This document shows positions 26,782-36,664 of a DNA stretch of 64,000 nucleotides, piece after piece. Numbering within the stretch: position 1 is the first letter of the stretch; every line of letters starts with the position of its first letter. Source of the stretch: an uncultured Actinomycetes bacterium (GTDB taxonomy: Bacteria > Actinomycetota > Acidimicrobiia > Acidimicrobiales > CADCSY01); contig CAVURO010000010.1 in assembly GCA_963743945.1 (NCBI GenBank), forward strand, positions 418,156-482,155. The letters run 5' to 3'. A program made the position numbers and the translations under genes. Under the pieces are notes generated by a model. That model saw only the letters and a list, made by a program, of their open reading frames with translations, was not told the origin of the DNA and ran no database searches.

Positions 26782-28179
26782 TCAGCCGACGCTTCCCTCC
26801 ATCTGGAGTTCGATGAGACGACTCCACTCGACCGCGTACTCCATGGGCAGGGTCCGGGTGACGGGCTCGATGAACCCGTTGACGATCATGCCCATGGCCT
26901 GTTCCTGCGAAAGGCCGCGGCTCATGAGGTAGAAGAGCTGCTCGTCGTTCACCTTGGACACGGTTGCCTCATGGCCGACGACCGCATCACGCTCGCCGAT
27001 CTCCATGTACGGATAGGTGTCCGAAACGCTGTCGCCGTCGAGGATGAGTGCATCGCACTGAACGTGGCTCTTGCAGCCGTGGGCACCCTCCTCGACCCGG
27101 ACGAGTCCTCGGTAGCTGGTGCGCCCGCCGTCCTTCGAGATCGACTTGGAGACGATACGACTCGTGGTCTCCGGAGCGGCATGGACCATCTTGGCCCCTG
27201 CGTCCTGATGCTGGCCCGCTCCGGCATAGGCAACCGAGAGCACCTCACCCGAGGCCTTCGGTCCGACCATGTACACGGCGGGGTACTTCATGGTGAGGCG
27301 ACTTCCGATGTTGCCGTCGATCCACTCCATGTGGCCCTCGGCCTCGACCCGGGCCCGCTTGGTCACCAGGTTGAACACGTTGTTCGACCAGTTCTGGATG
27401 GTCGTGTAGGTCACACGAGCGGAGGGCTTGACCACGATCTCGACCACCGCCGAGTGCAGCGAATCGGTCGTGTACACAGGAGCGGAGCAGCCCTCGATGT
27501 AGTGCACCTGGCTACCCTCGTCGGCGATGATGAGCGTGCGCTCGAACTGGCCCATGTTCTCGGCGTTGATGCGGAAGTAGGCCTGCAGCGGCATCTCGAC
27601 GTTGACACCGGGGGGCACGTAGATGAACGACCCGCCCGACCACACGGCCGTGTTCAGGGAGGAGAACTTGTTGTCGTTCGGCGGGATGATCGTGCCGAAG
27701 TAGGCACGAACGATCTCGGGGTACTCACGCAGCGCCGTGTCCATGTCGCAGAAGATCACGCCCTGTTGCTCGAGGTCTTCACGGTTGCGGTGGTAGACCA
27801 CCTCCGACTCGTACTGGGCGGTCACGCCGGCGAGATACTTGCGCTCGGCCTCGGGGATGCCGAGCTTCTCGTAGGTGTTCTTCACCGACTCGGGAAGGTC
27901 GTCCCAGACGTCGACCTGCTTCTCGGTGGGCTTGATGTAATAGAAGATGTCGTCGAAGTAGATCTCGGACATGTCGCCGCCCCAGTTGGGCATGGGCCGA
28001 CGGTCGAAGTAGTTGAGCGAGCGCAGGCGCAGATCGCGCATCCACTCGGGCTCGCCCTTCATCCACGACATCTCCTGCACGATGTCGGCGTTGATCCCAC
28101 GCTTGGGCTTGAAGACGTAGTCCTCGGCGTCACTCCAGCCAAGCTTGTAGCGCCCAATGTCGAGATCGGTCACAGCCAT
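26782..28179 (-). CDS. sufB: Fe-S cluster assembly protein SufB
   Basis: 465 aa. GRYKLGWSD..., [10 protein letters not shown] and [16 protein letters not shown] are typical of SufB. Confidence 0.93.
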   Translation of the reverse strand: MAVTDLDIGRYKLGWSDAEDYVFKPKRGINADIVQEMSWMKGEPEWMRDLRLRSLNYFDRRPMPNWGGDMSEIYFDDIFYYIKPTEKQVDVWDDLPESVKNTYEKLGIPEAERKYLAGVTAQYESEVVYHRNREDLEQQGVIFCDMDTALREYPEIVRAYFGTIIPPNDNKFSSLNTAVWSGGSFIYVPPGVNVEMPLQAYFRINAENMGQFERTLIIADEGSQVHYIEGCSAPVYTTDSLHSAVVEIVVKPSARVTYTTIQNWSNNVFNLVTKRARVEAEGHMEWIDGNIGSRLTMKYPAVYMVGPKASGEVLSVAYAGAGQHQDAGAKMVHAAPETTSRIVSKSISKDGGRTSYRGLVRVEEGAHGCKSHVQCDALILDGDSVSDTYPYMEIGERDAVVGHEATVSKVNDEQLFYLMSRGLSQEQAMGMIVNGFIEPVTRTLPMEYAVEWSRLIELQMEGSVG

Positions 28180-28213
28180 GGCAAGTACTCCGTCTGAAAC
28201 GAGGGATGGGGTT

Positions 28214-28244
28214 AATTTCTCCTATGGCCATAGTAACAATTGCC
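28214..28244. promoter_or_regulatory. conserved AT-rich quasi-palindromic motif upstream of sufB (site 2)
   Basis: aatt-tctc-ctatggccatag-taac-aatt. The central 12 bp ctatggccatag is a perfect palindrome and the outer aatt arms are symmetric. Shares the 12-mer aatttctcctat with 14575-14586. Confidence 0.6.
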
Positions 28245-28273
28245 GGGGCCGACGCAACCCCTGATCCGGGACC

Positions 28274-28792
28274 TCAATCGATACGTCGCAGCTCGTTCTT
28301 GTAGCGCGAAGCGTTCCAGACATAGAGCTGAGCAGCCATCTCGACAAAACCCGGCTTCACCGCGCCCTCCTTGATCGTGGCGGGGATGCCGAGCGCCATG
28401 GCCCCTGTGGGCACTTCCATGTTGTTGGGCACGACGGCGTTCGCCCCCACGAGAGCGCACGTCCGCACGATCGCCCTGTGCAACACGACCGACCCCGAGC
28501 CCACAAGGGATGCGTCCTCGATCGTGCAGCCCTCGAGATGGGCAAGGTGGCCGACCACGCAGTCGGCCCCCACGATGGTGGGCAACTCCGCGGTTGCGTG
28601 GATCACCGTGCCGTCCTGAATCGACGTGCGTGCGCCCACCTCGATGTGTCCGTAGTCGCCGCGCAACACCGCCGAGGGCCAGATCGACGCCTCGGCGCCG
28701 ATCACGACATCACCGATCACGGTGGCGTCGGGGTGAACATAGGCGTCGGGATGAATGTCGGGCACACGATCGCCCAGTGCGTAAATCGTCAT
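28274..28792 (-). CDS. gamma-class carbonic anhydrase family (left-handed beta-helix) protein
   Basis: Start at ATG 28792 (MTIYALGDRVPDIHPDAYVHPDATVIGDV). Hexapeptide repeats and the His ligand pattern of the gamma-CA/YrdA family. Confidence 0.85.
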   Translation of the reverse strand: MTIYALGDRVPDIHPDAYVHPDATVIGDVVIGAEASIWPSAVLRGDYGHIEVGARTSIQDGTVIHATAELPTIVGADCVVGHLAHLEGCTIEDASLVGSGSVVLHRAIVRTCALVGANAVVPNNMEVPTGAMALGIPATIKEGAVKPGFVEMAAQLYVWNASRYKNELRRID

Positions 28793-28808
28793 GCCCGAAC
28801 CGTAACGT

Positions 28809-30959
28809 GTGGGTGTGACCGAGACTGCGCAAACTTCCTTCAGGCCCACCGCTCCCCCGGTGGCGAAACGTGTTCCGAGTGAACGACTGGCCCACGGCCA
28901 TCTGGTCGTCGACGAGTACGCGTGGATGCGAGATCGAGAGGACGACCCCGATGTGGTCGCCTACATCGAGGCAGAGAATGCCTGGACACAGGCGGAGATG
29001 GCCCATACAGCCGAGCGTCAGGAAGCGTTGTTCGAGGAGATCCGATCCCGCATCCAGGAGACGGACCTCTCGGTCCCGGTTCGCAAGGGCGACTGGTGGT
29101 ACTACTCGCGCACGGTCGAGGGCATGCAATACGCCATCCATTGTCGCAAACCCGCCTTTGCCGACGCCGATCGGCGTGATGTCGAGCCCGGTGACGATGT
29201 CGCCGAGCAGATCATGCTCGACCAGAACGTGCTCGCCGGCGACTCGGAGTTCTTCGCCCTCGGCGCCTTCGACCTCAGCCCCCGGGCCGACCTGTTGGCC
29301 TATGCCACCGACACCACCGGAGGCGAGTTGTACACGATGGCCTTTCGCAACCTGACGACCGGGGAGGACCTGCCCGACCGGATTCCCGAGACCTACTACG
29401 GGACCGCCTGGGGCAACGACAACCGGACCTTCTTCTACGTCAAGACCGACGAGGCAATGCGCCCGTACCAACTCTGGCGCCACACGTTGGGCACGCCGGC
29501 GAACGATGACGTCCTCGTGTACGAGGAGCCCGACGAGCGCTTCTACCTCGGGATCGGCACCACGAAGGACGAGCGTTGGCTCGTCCTTCACCTCGGCTCC
29601 AAGATGACCGACGAATGTCGGATCCTCTCGGCGGACGAGCCAACGGGAACGTTCCACCTCGTCGAGGCCCGACAACAGGGAGTCGAGTACGGGGTCGAAC
29701 ACCACGGTGATCGCTTCCTCATCGTCACCAATGCCGACGAGGCCGAGAACTTCAAGCTCATGGAGGTGCCCGACACGGCGCCCGAGCGGTCCAACTGGAC
29801 CGAGGTCATCGCCCATCGTCCCGACGTCCACCTGAGCGGCATCGACGTCTTTGCCGACCACCTCGTGCTCTTCGAGCGTGCCGACGGTCTCCGGCGGATC
29901 CGTGTCCGCAGTCTCGTCGACGCCGACGACTGGATCATCGATCAGCCCGAGCAGGTCTCGACTTCCTCGGGTGGGTCAAATCCCGAGTTCGACTCCACGG
30001 TGCTGCGCTACGGCTACACCTCGATGGTCACACCGAGCTCGGTGTTCGACTACAACCTCGTGACCCGTGAGCGGGTGCTTCGCAAGCAACAGCCCGTCCT
30101 CGGGGGCTATGACCCTTCGCTCTACGCGACCGAACGCGTGTGGGCGACCGCCGACGACGGCACGAGGGTTCCCATGTCGCTGGTCTATCGCAAGGAGGCG
30201 GGCGCTGGCGGAGGACGGCCCGCCGGCCCTCGCCCGGCACTGCTCTACGGCTACGGTTCCTATGAGGCGAACATGGACCCGGGCTTCTCCTCGATCCGGC
30301 TCAGCCTGCTCGACCGGGGTTTCGTCTATGCCATCGCGCACATTCGAGGTGGCGGCGAGATGGGTCGCCAGTGGTACCTGCGGGGCAAGTTCCTCGACAA
30401 GCGCAACACGTTCACCGATTTCATCGCCTGCGCCCGTCATCTCACCCGTGAGGGCTGGACGACGCCCGGCCAACTCGTCATCCGAGGCGGCAGCGCCGGC
30501 GGCCTGCTCATGGGCGCCGTCGCCAACATGGCCCCCGAGCAGTTCGGCGTGGTCATCGCCGAGGTGCCCTTCGTCGACGCGTTGAACACCATCCTCGACC
30601 CGTCGCTGCCGCTGACCGTCATGGAGTGGGAGGAGTGGGGGAACCCCGTCGAGTCGAGTCAGTACTACGACTACATGAGCTCCTATTCCCCCTACGAGAA
30701 CGTGGTGGCACAGGACTACCCTGCCATGTTGGTGACTGCCGGGCTCAACGACCCCCGCGTCTCCTACTGGGAGCCGGCCAAGTGGGTGGCCAAGCTCCGC
30801 GCGACCAGGACCGACAGGAATCGGCTGCTTCTCAAGACCGAGATGGGCGCCGGCCACATGGGCCCCTCGGGCCGCTACGACGCATGGAGGGATGAGGCGT
30901 TCGTCCTGGCCTTCATCCTCGACACCCTCGGCATCAGGGAGGACTCGGCAGCCGGCTGA
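28809..30959 (+). CDS. ptrB: S9 family prolyl oligopeptidase / oligopeptidase B-like
   Basis: 716 aa with a GTG start. N-terminal beta-propeller region and a C-terminal catalytic domain with GGSAGGLLMG (Ser), D and GAGHMG (His). Confidence 0.88.
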   Translation: MGVTETAQTSFRPTAPPVAKRVPSERLAHGHLVVDEYAWMRDREDDPDVVAYIEAENAWTQAEMAHTAERQEALFEEIRSRIQETDLSVPVRKGDWWYYSRTVEGMQYAIHCRKPAFADADRRDVEPGDDVAEQIMLDQNVLAGDSEFFALGAFDLSPRADLLAYATDTTGGELYTMAFRNLTTGEDLPDRIPETYYGTAWGNDNRTFFYVKTDEAMRPYQLWRHTLGTPANDDVLVYEEPDERFYLGIGTTKDERWLVLHLGSKMTDECRILSADEPTGTFHLVEARQQGVEYGVEHHGDRFLIVTNADEAENFKLMEVPDTAPERSNWTEVIAHRPDVHLSGIDVFADHLVLFERADGLRRIRVRSLVDADDWIIDQPEQVSTSSGGSNPEFDSTVLRYGYTSMVTPSSVFDYNLVTRERVLRKQQPVLGGYDPSLYATERVWATADDGTRVPMSLVYRKEAGAGGGRPAGPRPALLYGYGSYEANMDPGFSSIRLSLLDRGFVYAIAHIRGGGEMGRQWYLRGKFLDKRNTFTDFIACARHLTREGWTTPGQLVIRGGSAGGLLMGAVANMAPEQFGVVIAEVPFVDALNTILDPSLPLTVMEWEEWGNPVESSQYYDYMSSYSPYENVVAQDYPAMLVTAGLNDPRVSYWEPAKWVAKLRATRTDRNRLLLKTEMGAGHMGPSGRYDAWRDEAFVLAFILDTLGIREDSAAG

Positions 30960-30977
30960 AGGGCCGGCAGGGCTCGC

Positions 30978-32849
30978 TCAGGGCTCGGTGGTCGTCTGGT
31001 CGACGAGCGAAAGCCGGCCCCGGACCTCGTCACGGAGGTCGATATCGAGCACGGTGCCCTCCGCTGCACGGATCACGTCGAGGATCTCGTCGCCGACGAG
31101 TTGCTCGCGATCCAACAAGGCGTCCCGCAGTGCCTCGAGGATGTGCTGGTGTGCCGTGATGAGGTCCTCGGCTGCCTTCCGGGCCGCTTCCAACATTTCC
31201 TCGACCTGTTCCCGAGCCGCATCGTGGGCAAGGACCTTGGCCACGATGTTGCCCGCGCCGGCGACCATCGCTGCGTCGTAGCTGATCAGCGAGCCTCCCA
31301 TGCCAAAGGAACCGACCATCTGCGCAGCGGTCGTCGTGGCGGCGAAGAGGTCACCCGAGGGTCCCGAACTGATCTCGCCGAAGTACAACGTCTCGGCGAC
31401 CAGACCGCCCATGGTGATCGCCATGAGCGCATCGAGCTCCGAGCGGACCCGCATGAAGCGCTCCTCGGAATCGGAGTGCGCGAGCAGGCCGAGCGCCTCG
31501 GCGCGCTTGATGATCGACAGCACCTCGAGCTTGCGGGCCCACGGCGAGTCCTGATCGGGGCCGACCCGACCGACGAGATAGGCAACCGTGGCATGGCCCG
31601 CCTCGTGGGTGGCGATCCGGCGCCGTTCATCGGCGGTGTAGTCGACGGGCTGCTCGAGACCGATCTCGGTGGTCATCTTGGCGCGTTGCAGGTCTTCCCA
31701 GCCGAGACGGCCGGCTCCCTGGCGCAGTGCCCAAACCAGGGCCTCGTCGAAGAGGTGCTCGATCATGACCGGGGAGTAGCCGGCCGTCATCGCCGCCAAC
31801 GTGTCCCGCCGCTGAGGCTCGTCGAGGGCCTTGTCATGGGCCTTGCGATCCAGGTAGTAGTCGATGATCTCCCGCCGATCACGACGCCCGGGAAGACCGA
31901 AGTGGATGCTGCGATCAAAGCGTCCGGGGCGCAGAAGCGCCGGGTCGAGGTCGGCAGAGCGATTGGTGGCGCCGATCACCAGGATGTTGGCCGGCGCTGA
32001 TGTCGGCTTGCGACGCTGACGATGCGCCGGCAGGAAGCGGTTCACGAGCTCCACGACCACACCGGCCAGGCGGACCGAGGTGGTCGGCTCGTCAAAGCTC
32101 TGCAACTGGATGAGCAACTCGTTCACCACACCCGAGACGCCTTCGCGTTGCGTCGAGCCCGACATGCCGGCGCGAGCGCCGCCGATGGCGTCGATCTCCT
32201 CGATGAAACCGATGGCGCCGCCCTCCTTGCGGGCCGTGGCTCGAAGCGCCCGGAAATAGCTGCGGATCTTGCGGTTGGTCTGGCCGTAGTACATCGACTG
32301 GAAGGCCGATGAGGACACGAACAGGAAGGGCACACCCGCGTCGCGGGCCATGGCCTTGGCCATGTAGGTCTTCCCCGTTCCGGGAGGGCCCTCGAAGAGC
32401 ACACCCCGCCGTGGCGTACCACCCATCTGCTCCTTGAACATCTTGTGCGCGAGGAAGATGTTGAGGGTGCGGACGATCTCCTCCTTGACCACGCCGGCGC
32501 CACGAACGTCGTCAAGGCCGACCTCGATCTCGTTGGCCCGGTAGCGAACGTGCGGCGAACGCCCGGCGAGCACGAGCGGCACCACCATGACCAAGGTGAA
32601 GAGCACGATCAGACCCGCCCCGGGAATGAAGGGCGCCGCCTCGGCGCTCACCTTCGGCAGACCGAAGCCAACCGGGTTGCCGCTGAGGACCCGCAGCCAC
32701 AGGAAGCCGGCAATCGGCGCGAGCACGAAAGCGAGGCGGGCGAGGCGACGGAGACGAACCCGCTCGCGGGTGAACCCCACGTCGACGAGCGAGGAGTTCA
32801 GCACATCCGTGCGCGCCAGGGTCTCGATGTCGAGCTTCCGGTCAGCCAA
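30978..32849 (-). CDS. FtsH-like AAA+ zinc metalloprotease paralog
   Basis: Two N-terminal TM helices, Walker A GPPGTGKT, Walker B FIEEIDA and zinc motif HEAGHA. Start proposed at TTG 32849 (GGAGGA, 7 nt, TTG). The tracked ORF runs to 33059 across the neighbouring gene. Confidence 0.8.
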   Translation of the reverse strand: MADRKLDIETLARTDVLNSSLVDVGFTRERVRLRRLARLAFVLAPIAGFLWLRVLSGNPVGFGLPKVSAEAAPFIPGAGLIVLFTLVMVVPLVLAGRSPHVRYRANEIEVGLDDVRGAGVVKEEIVRTLNIFLAHKMFKEQMGGTPRRGVLFEGPPGTGKTYMAKAMARDAGVPFLFVSSSAFQSMYYGQTNRKIRSYFRALRATARKEGGAIGFIEEIDAIGGARAGMSGSTQREGVSGVVNELLIQLQSFDEPTTSVRLAGVVVELVNRFLPAHRQRRKPTSAPANILVIGATNRSADLDPALLRPGRFDRSIHFGLPGRRDRREIIDYYLDRKAHDKALDEPQRRDTLAAMTAGYSPVMIEHLFDEALVWALRQGAGRLGWEDLQRAKMTTEIGLEQPVDYTADERRRIATHEAGHATVAYLVGRVGPDQDSPWARKLEVLSIIKRAEALGLLAHSDSEERFMRVRSELDALMAITMGGLVAETLYFGEISSGPSGDLFAATTTAAQMVGSFGMGGSLISYDAAMVAGAGNIVAKVLAHDAAREQVEEMLEAARKAAEDLITAHQHILEALRDALLDREQLVGDEILDVIRAAEGTVLDIDLRDEVRGRLSLVDQTTTEP

Positions 32850-32968
32850 GGGATGATCCTCCGTCCGTGGTGATGATTGGGGCCTGGTGACAAGTTCGTG
32901 CCGGCGCGGGCACGCTCCTGCGGAGCCGGACATTTCACCCGGACGAATGGTTCGCGGACGGGCCTCGC

Positions 32969-33484
32969 TCAGGACTGGAGGTTTCGATACCCTCCCCGGA
33001 AGAAGACGAGTGGCGCCCCTTCGTGACCCACGGCGAGCTCGACCACTCGCCCGACGCACAGGTCATGATCGCCGAGCTCCACAACCGAGTCGATCTCACA
33101 GTCGATCCAGGCCAACACCCCATCGAGACGGGGGGACCCCGTCGAGGCCCTCTGCCAACCGATACCGGCGAACTTGTCATCGCCCTTCGACGCGAAGACC
33201 CGACAGACCTCCTCCTGGTCGCCGGCCAGGATGTTCACACAAAAGGCTCCTGTTTCACGGATGCGGGGCCACGAGCTCGATCCCTTGTCGGCGAAGAAGC
33301 CCACGAGAGGCGGATCCAGCGAGATCGAGCTGAACGAGCCGACCGCGAGTCCGACCGGGCTGTTGCCCGAGGAGGCCGTGACAACCGTGACCCCGGTCGG
33401 AAAGTGGCCGAGCACCTGACGGTAGTGGGCCGGCTCGATGACCACCTGGTGGGCAGGACTCGTCGCGGAGAGGTTCTCTGACAT
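32969..33484 (-). CDS. flavin reductase family protein
   Basis: FPTGVTVVTA, SFSSISLDPPLV and the C-terminal LVFFRGGY are typical of flavin reductase-like domains. Confidence 0.85.
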   Translation of the reverse strand: MSENLSATSPAHQVVIEPAHYRQVLGHFPTGVTVVTASSGNSPVGLAVGSFSSISLDPPLVGFFADKGSSSWPRIRETGAFCVNILAGDQEEVCRVFASKGDDKFAGIGWQRASTGSPRLDGVLAWIDCEIDSVVELGDHDLCVGRVVELAVGHEGAPLVFFRGGYRNLQS

Positions 33485-33551
33485 GTTTCGTGCTTAGCAC
33501 GTCATGCCATTCGCCGTCAGGTCTCCAAGGCCCGGCGACTGCCGAAACCTG

Positions 33552-34445
33552 TCAACCCCCGACAACCAGGGTGAGTCCCTCGGAGGCGGCGATGACCTGC
33601 TCGATGCCGCAGGACGTCGCCTGGGCCCGGGCCTCGGTGAGAAGTCGGTCCATCATGACGTCGTCATGGTCGGGGTCGTGATGGAACAGGACGAGTTGAT
33701 GCACACCCGCCTGGCGGGCCACCTCGACGGCATACTCGATGCTGCAGTGGCCCCAGTGCGCCTTGTGCTGCCATTCCGACGCGGTGTACTGCGCGTCATG
33801 GATGAGCACATCGGCGCCTTCGCACAGCTCGAGCACGGAATCGGCCACGGTCATGGATCCGTCGAGAGGGGCCTGGTGGTCGCTGACGTAGGCAACCGTG
33901 ACGCCGTCCCACTCCACCCGATAGCCGTTCGTGGCGCCGATGTGAGGCACGGGACGGGCTCGGATCTTCGCCGTTCCGATCACCACATCGGTGTCGTGGA
34001 GATCGTGGAAGCGAATCCGTCCCCGCAGGTCGCTCAGCCGAACCGGAAAGTACGGCGGGCCCATGAAGACGTCGAACGCCTCGGCCAGCGAACCTTCATC
34101 GCACCGTGGCCCGTAGATGTCGAACTGGGCGCCGGGCCGATCGATCGCAGCCAGGAAGGGCAGGCCCTGAACATGGTCCCAGTGGAGATGGGTGACCAGC
34201 GCCGAGCCACGAAAGCTGCCGTCGGTGGGCAGGCCGGCGCCCCAGAAGCGCAGGCCGGTGCCCAGGTCGAGGACGATGGGATCCTCACCCGGCACATCGA
34301 GCACGACGCAGGCCGTGTTGCCCCCGTAGCGGTGATTCGCTTCGCAGGAACACGGCGTCGAGCCTCTTACTCCATAGAACGTGATGCGCAGTGGATCCCC
34401 CTTTGAGCTTTGGGGGATGGTAGCGCCGGCCTCGGGCTGAGTCAC
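33552..34445 (-). CDS. MBL-fold metallo-hydrolase
   Basis: VTHLHWDHVQG metal motif. FYGVRGS N-terminus. LFHHDPDHDD. Confidence 0.8.
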   Translation of the reverse strand: MTQPEAGATIPQSSKGDPLRITFYGVRGSTPCSCEANHRYGGNTACVVLDVPGEDPIVLDLGTGLRFWGAGLPTDGSFRGSALVTHLHWDHVQGLPFLAAIDRPGAQFDIYGPRCDEGSLAEAFDVFMGPPYFPVRLSDLRGRIRFHDLHDTDVVIGTAKIRARPVPHIGATNGYRVEWDGVTVAYVSDHQAPLDGSMTVADSVLELCEGADVLIHDAQYTASEWQHKAHWGHCSIEYAVEVARQAGVHQLVLFHHDPDHDDVMMDRLLTEARAQATSCGIEQVIAASEGLTLVVGG

Positions 34446-34473
34446 GGTGAATCCACCGGTGTGACCGATGTCA

Positions 34474-35598
34474 TCACACGGCGCGAGGCCGGGCAGTGGC
34501 CAGGAGCCCGCGCTGTTGCAACATGATCTTCAGATCCTGGGGTTTCGTCGCCGCGCTCATGGCGCTGCGCACGTCGATGCTCCCGTTGGCGATCAACTGC
34601 ACCAGTGACTGATCGAACGTCTGCATGCCGTAGTACTCGCCGTCGGCAATGATCTCGTGGATTTCGCCGCCCTTGTCGGGGTCGACGATGCACTGTTGAA
34701 TCCGGCCATTGGCGATCATGACCTCGACGGCAGGTACCCGCGAGGTGCCGTTGGAGCCCGAGACGAGGCGCTGACAGATCGTTCCCCGCAGGACGCCGGC
34801 GAGCGACGTGCGGACCTGATGCTGCTGATAGGGCGGGAAGAAGTCGACGATACGACTCACCGTCTCCATCGCGTCGATGGTGTGGAGGGTCGAGAGCACC
34901 AGATGGCCGGTCTCCGCTGCCGCCAATGCCGCGGACACCGTCTCCTCGTCGCGCATCTCACCGACCAGGATCACGTCGGGGTCCTGGCGCATGGCACCCC
35001 GCATCGCCGTTGCGAAGTCGGGTACGTCGATGCCGACCTCCCGTTGGCTCAGCGCGGCGAGCTTGTCGGAATGCAGCACCTCGATCGGATCCTCGATCGT
35101 GATGATGTTGCACGGGCGGCTCTCGTTGATGTGATCGATCATGGCGGCCAGGGTGGTGGTCTTGCCCGAACCCGTCGGGCCCGTCACCAGAACCAGGCCA
35201 CGATGTTCGAGAGCAAGGCGTCCGACCACCTCGGGCAACCCCAACTCCTCGAAACCGGCCGAGTTGGTCCGCACCGCACGAAAGACCATGGCCACGCTGC
35301 CCCGTTGGCGGAACGCATTGACTCGAAAGCGTCCGAAACCGGCAATGCCGTAGGCGAAGTCGACATCGCCGCCGTTCTCGAAACGGTCGAGCACATGCGG
35401 TGGCGTGATCGACGCGCACATCTCGCTGGTATCAGCGGGCTTCAGCATGTCCTGGCGCTCGAGCGGCTGCAGAACACCGTTGCACCGCACTCGCGGCGGC
35501 GATCCCACCTTCAGGTGCAGATCGGAACCACCGGCCTCCACCATCTCCCGCAGGAGGCCGTCCAACCGCTTGTTCGCCACAAGGGAAACATCGACCAC
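34474..35598 (-). CDS. pilT: type IV pilus retraction ATPase PilT family
   Basis: Walker A GPTGSGKTTT, AMRQDPDVILVGEMRD and TGHLVLSTLHT. No other pilus genes in the window. Confidence 0.88.
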   Translation of the reverse strand: MVDVSLVANKRLDGLLREMVEAGGSDLHLKVGSPPRVRCNGVLQPLERQDMLKPADTSEMCASITPPHVLDRFENGGDVDFAYGIAGFGRFRVNAFRQRGSVAMVFRAVRTNSAGFEELGLPEVVGRLALEHRGLVLVTGPTGSGKTTTLAAMIDHINESRPCNIITIEDPIEVLHSDKLAALSQREVGIDVPDFATAMRGAMRQDPDVILVGEMRDEETVSAALAAAETGHLVLSTLHTIDAMETVSRIVDFFPPYQQHQVRTSLAGVLRGTICQRLVSGSNGTSRVPAVEVMIANGRIQQCIVDPDKGGEIHEIIADGEYYGMQTFDQSLVQLIANGSIDVRSAMSAATKPQDLKIMLQQRGLLATARPRAV

Positions 35599-35616
35599 TT
35601 CGGGTCGATGCTTGAG

Positions 35617-35717
35617 TGATCGGCGCCGAGATCAGCCGGGTCTTCTCCGTGCTGAGATCAGCGGGTCTCCTCGGTGGTGAGATCGCCCGGGGACTGAGGA
35701 GGGTCGAGATCGGCGCC
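35617..35717. repeat. four phased GAGATC-containing repeats (~26-bp period) in a divergent intergenic region
   Basis: gagatc at 35628, 35654, 35679 and 35706. Units 1 and 2 (gagatcagccgggtcttctccgtgct / gagatcagcgggtctcctcggtggt) are clearly related. gatcggcgcc occurs at both ends (35618 and 35708). Confidence 0.7.
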
Positions 35718-35737
35718 ACGTCGTAGGGTTCCCGTTC

Positions 35738-36616
35738 GTGAAACTCGATGAGAAACATGTCGCCGCGGGCAACCTCGACGTTGCCTACCTCACGACCGGT
35801 CCCACCGACGGACCCCTGGCGCTGTGCCTGCACGGATTCCCCGACTCGCCCTGGACCTGGCGGCACCTGGCCGGGCCGTTGGCCGAGGCCGGGTTCCACG
35901 TCGTGGCCCCGTTCCTCCGTGGCTACGCACCGACCGCGGTGGCGGCCGACGGCTGCTATCAGACCGGCGCGCTGGTGGCCGATGCGGTGGCGGTGCACGA
36001 AGCCCTCGGCGGTGACGAACGGGCCGTCCTGATCGGCCACGACTGGGGCGCCGTTGCGGCCTACCCCACCGCGGCCTTCGCACCCGAGCGGTGGTGCCGA
36101 GTCGTAACCGCCGCCGTTCCCCCTCCCGGCGCGCTCGCCGGGGGGTTTCTGTCCTACGACCAGCTCAGACGCTCCTGGTACATGTACTTCTTCCAGCACC
36201 CCCTGGCGCTCATGGCGGTGGGCATGGGCGACCTTGCCTTCATCGATCGCCTGTGGGAGGACTGGTCGCCGGGTTACGACGCCACGGAGGACCTCGCCCT
36301 GCTCAAGCCGTCGCTGCGCGACCCCGCCAACCTCGCCGCCGCCATCGGCTACTACCGGGCCACGCTCGGGGGAGTGGCCCCCGATCCCTCCTATGCCGCC
36401 GAGCAGGCTGCTCTGCAGACACCCAACCCCCAGCCCACCCTGTACCTGCACGGCGACCAGGACGGCAGCATGGGCGTGGAGCTCGCCGGGACGGCCCTCG
36501 GCTTCCTCGGCGAGGGAAGCAGGGTCGAGATCATCCCCGAGGCCGGGCACTTCCTGCACCTCGAGAAGCCTGACGTCGTCAACCACCTCATCGTCGACTT
36601 CCTGACCTCGTCCTGA
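35738..36616 (+). CDS. alpha/beta hydrolase (epoxide hydrolase-like)
   Basis: GTG start. LCLHGFPDSPWTWR, nucleophile region GHDWGA and C-terminal GHFLHLEKP. Confidence 0.85.
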   Translation: MKLDEKHVAAGNLDVAYLTTGPTDGPLALCLHGFPDSPWTWRHLAGPLAEAGFHVVAPFLRGYAPTAVAADGCYQTGALVADAVAVHEALGGDERAVLIGHDWGAVAAYPTAAFAPERWCRVVTAAVPPPGALAGGFLSYDQLRRSWYMYFFQHPLALMAVGMGDLAFIDRLWEDWSPGYDATEDLALLKPSLRDPANLAAAIGYYRATLGGVAPDPSYAAEQAALQTPNPQPTLYLHGDQDGSMGVELAGTALGFLGEGSRVEIIPEAGHFLHLEKPDVVNHLIVDFLTSS

Positions 36617-36664
36617 ACTCGAGTTGTCGGCATGTCGGTTTCCCCCGGTCGGCGGTGCTGAACG

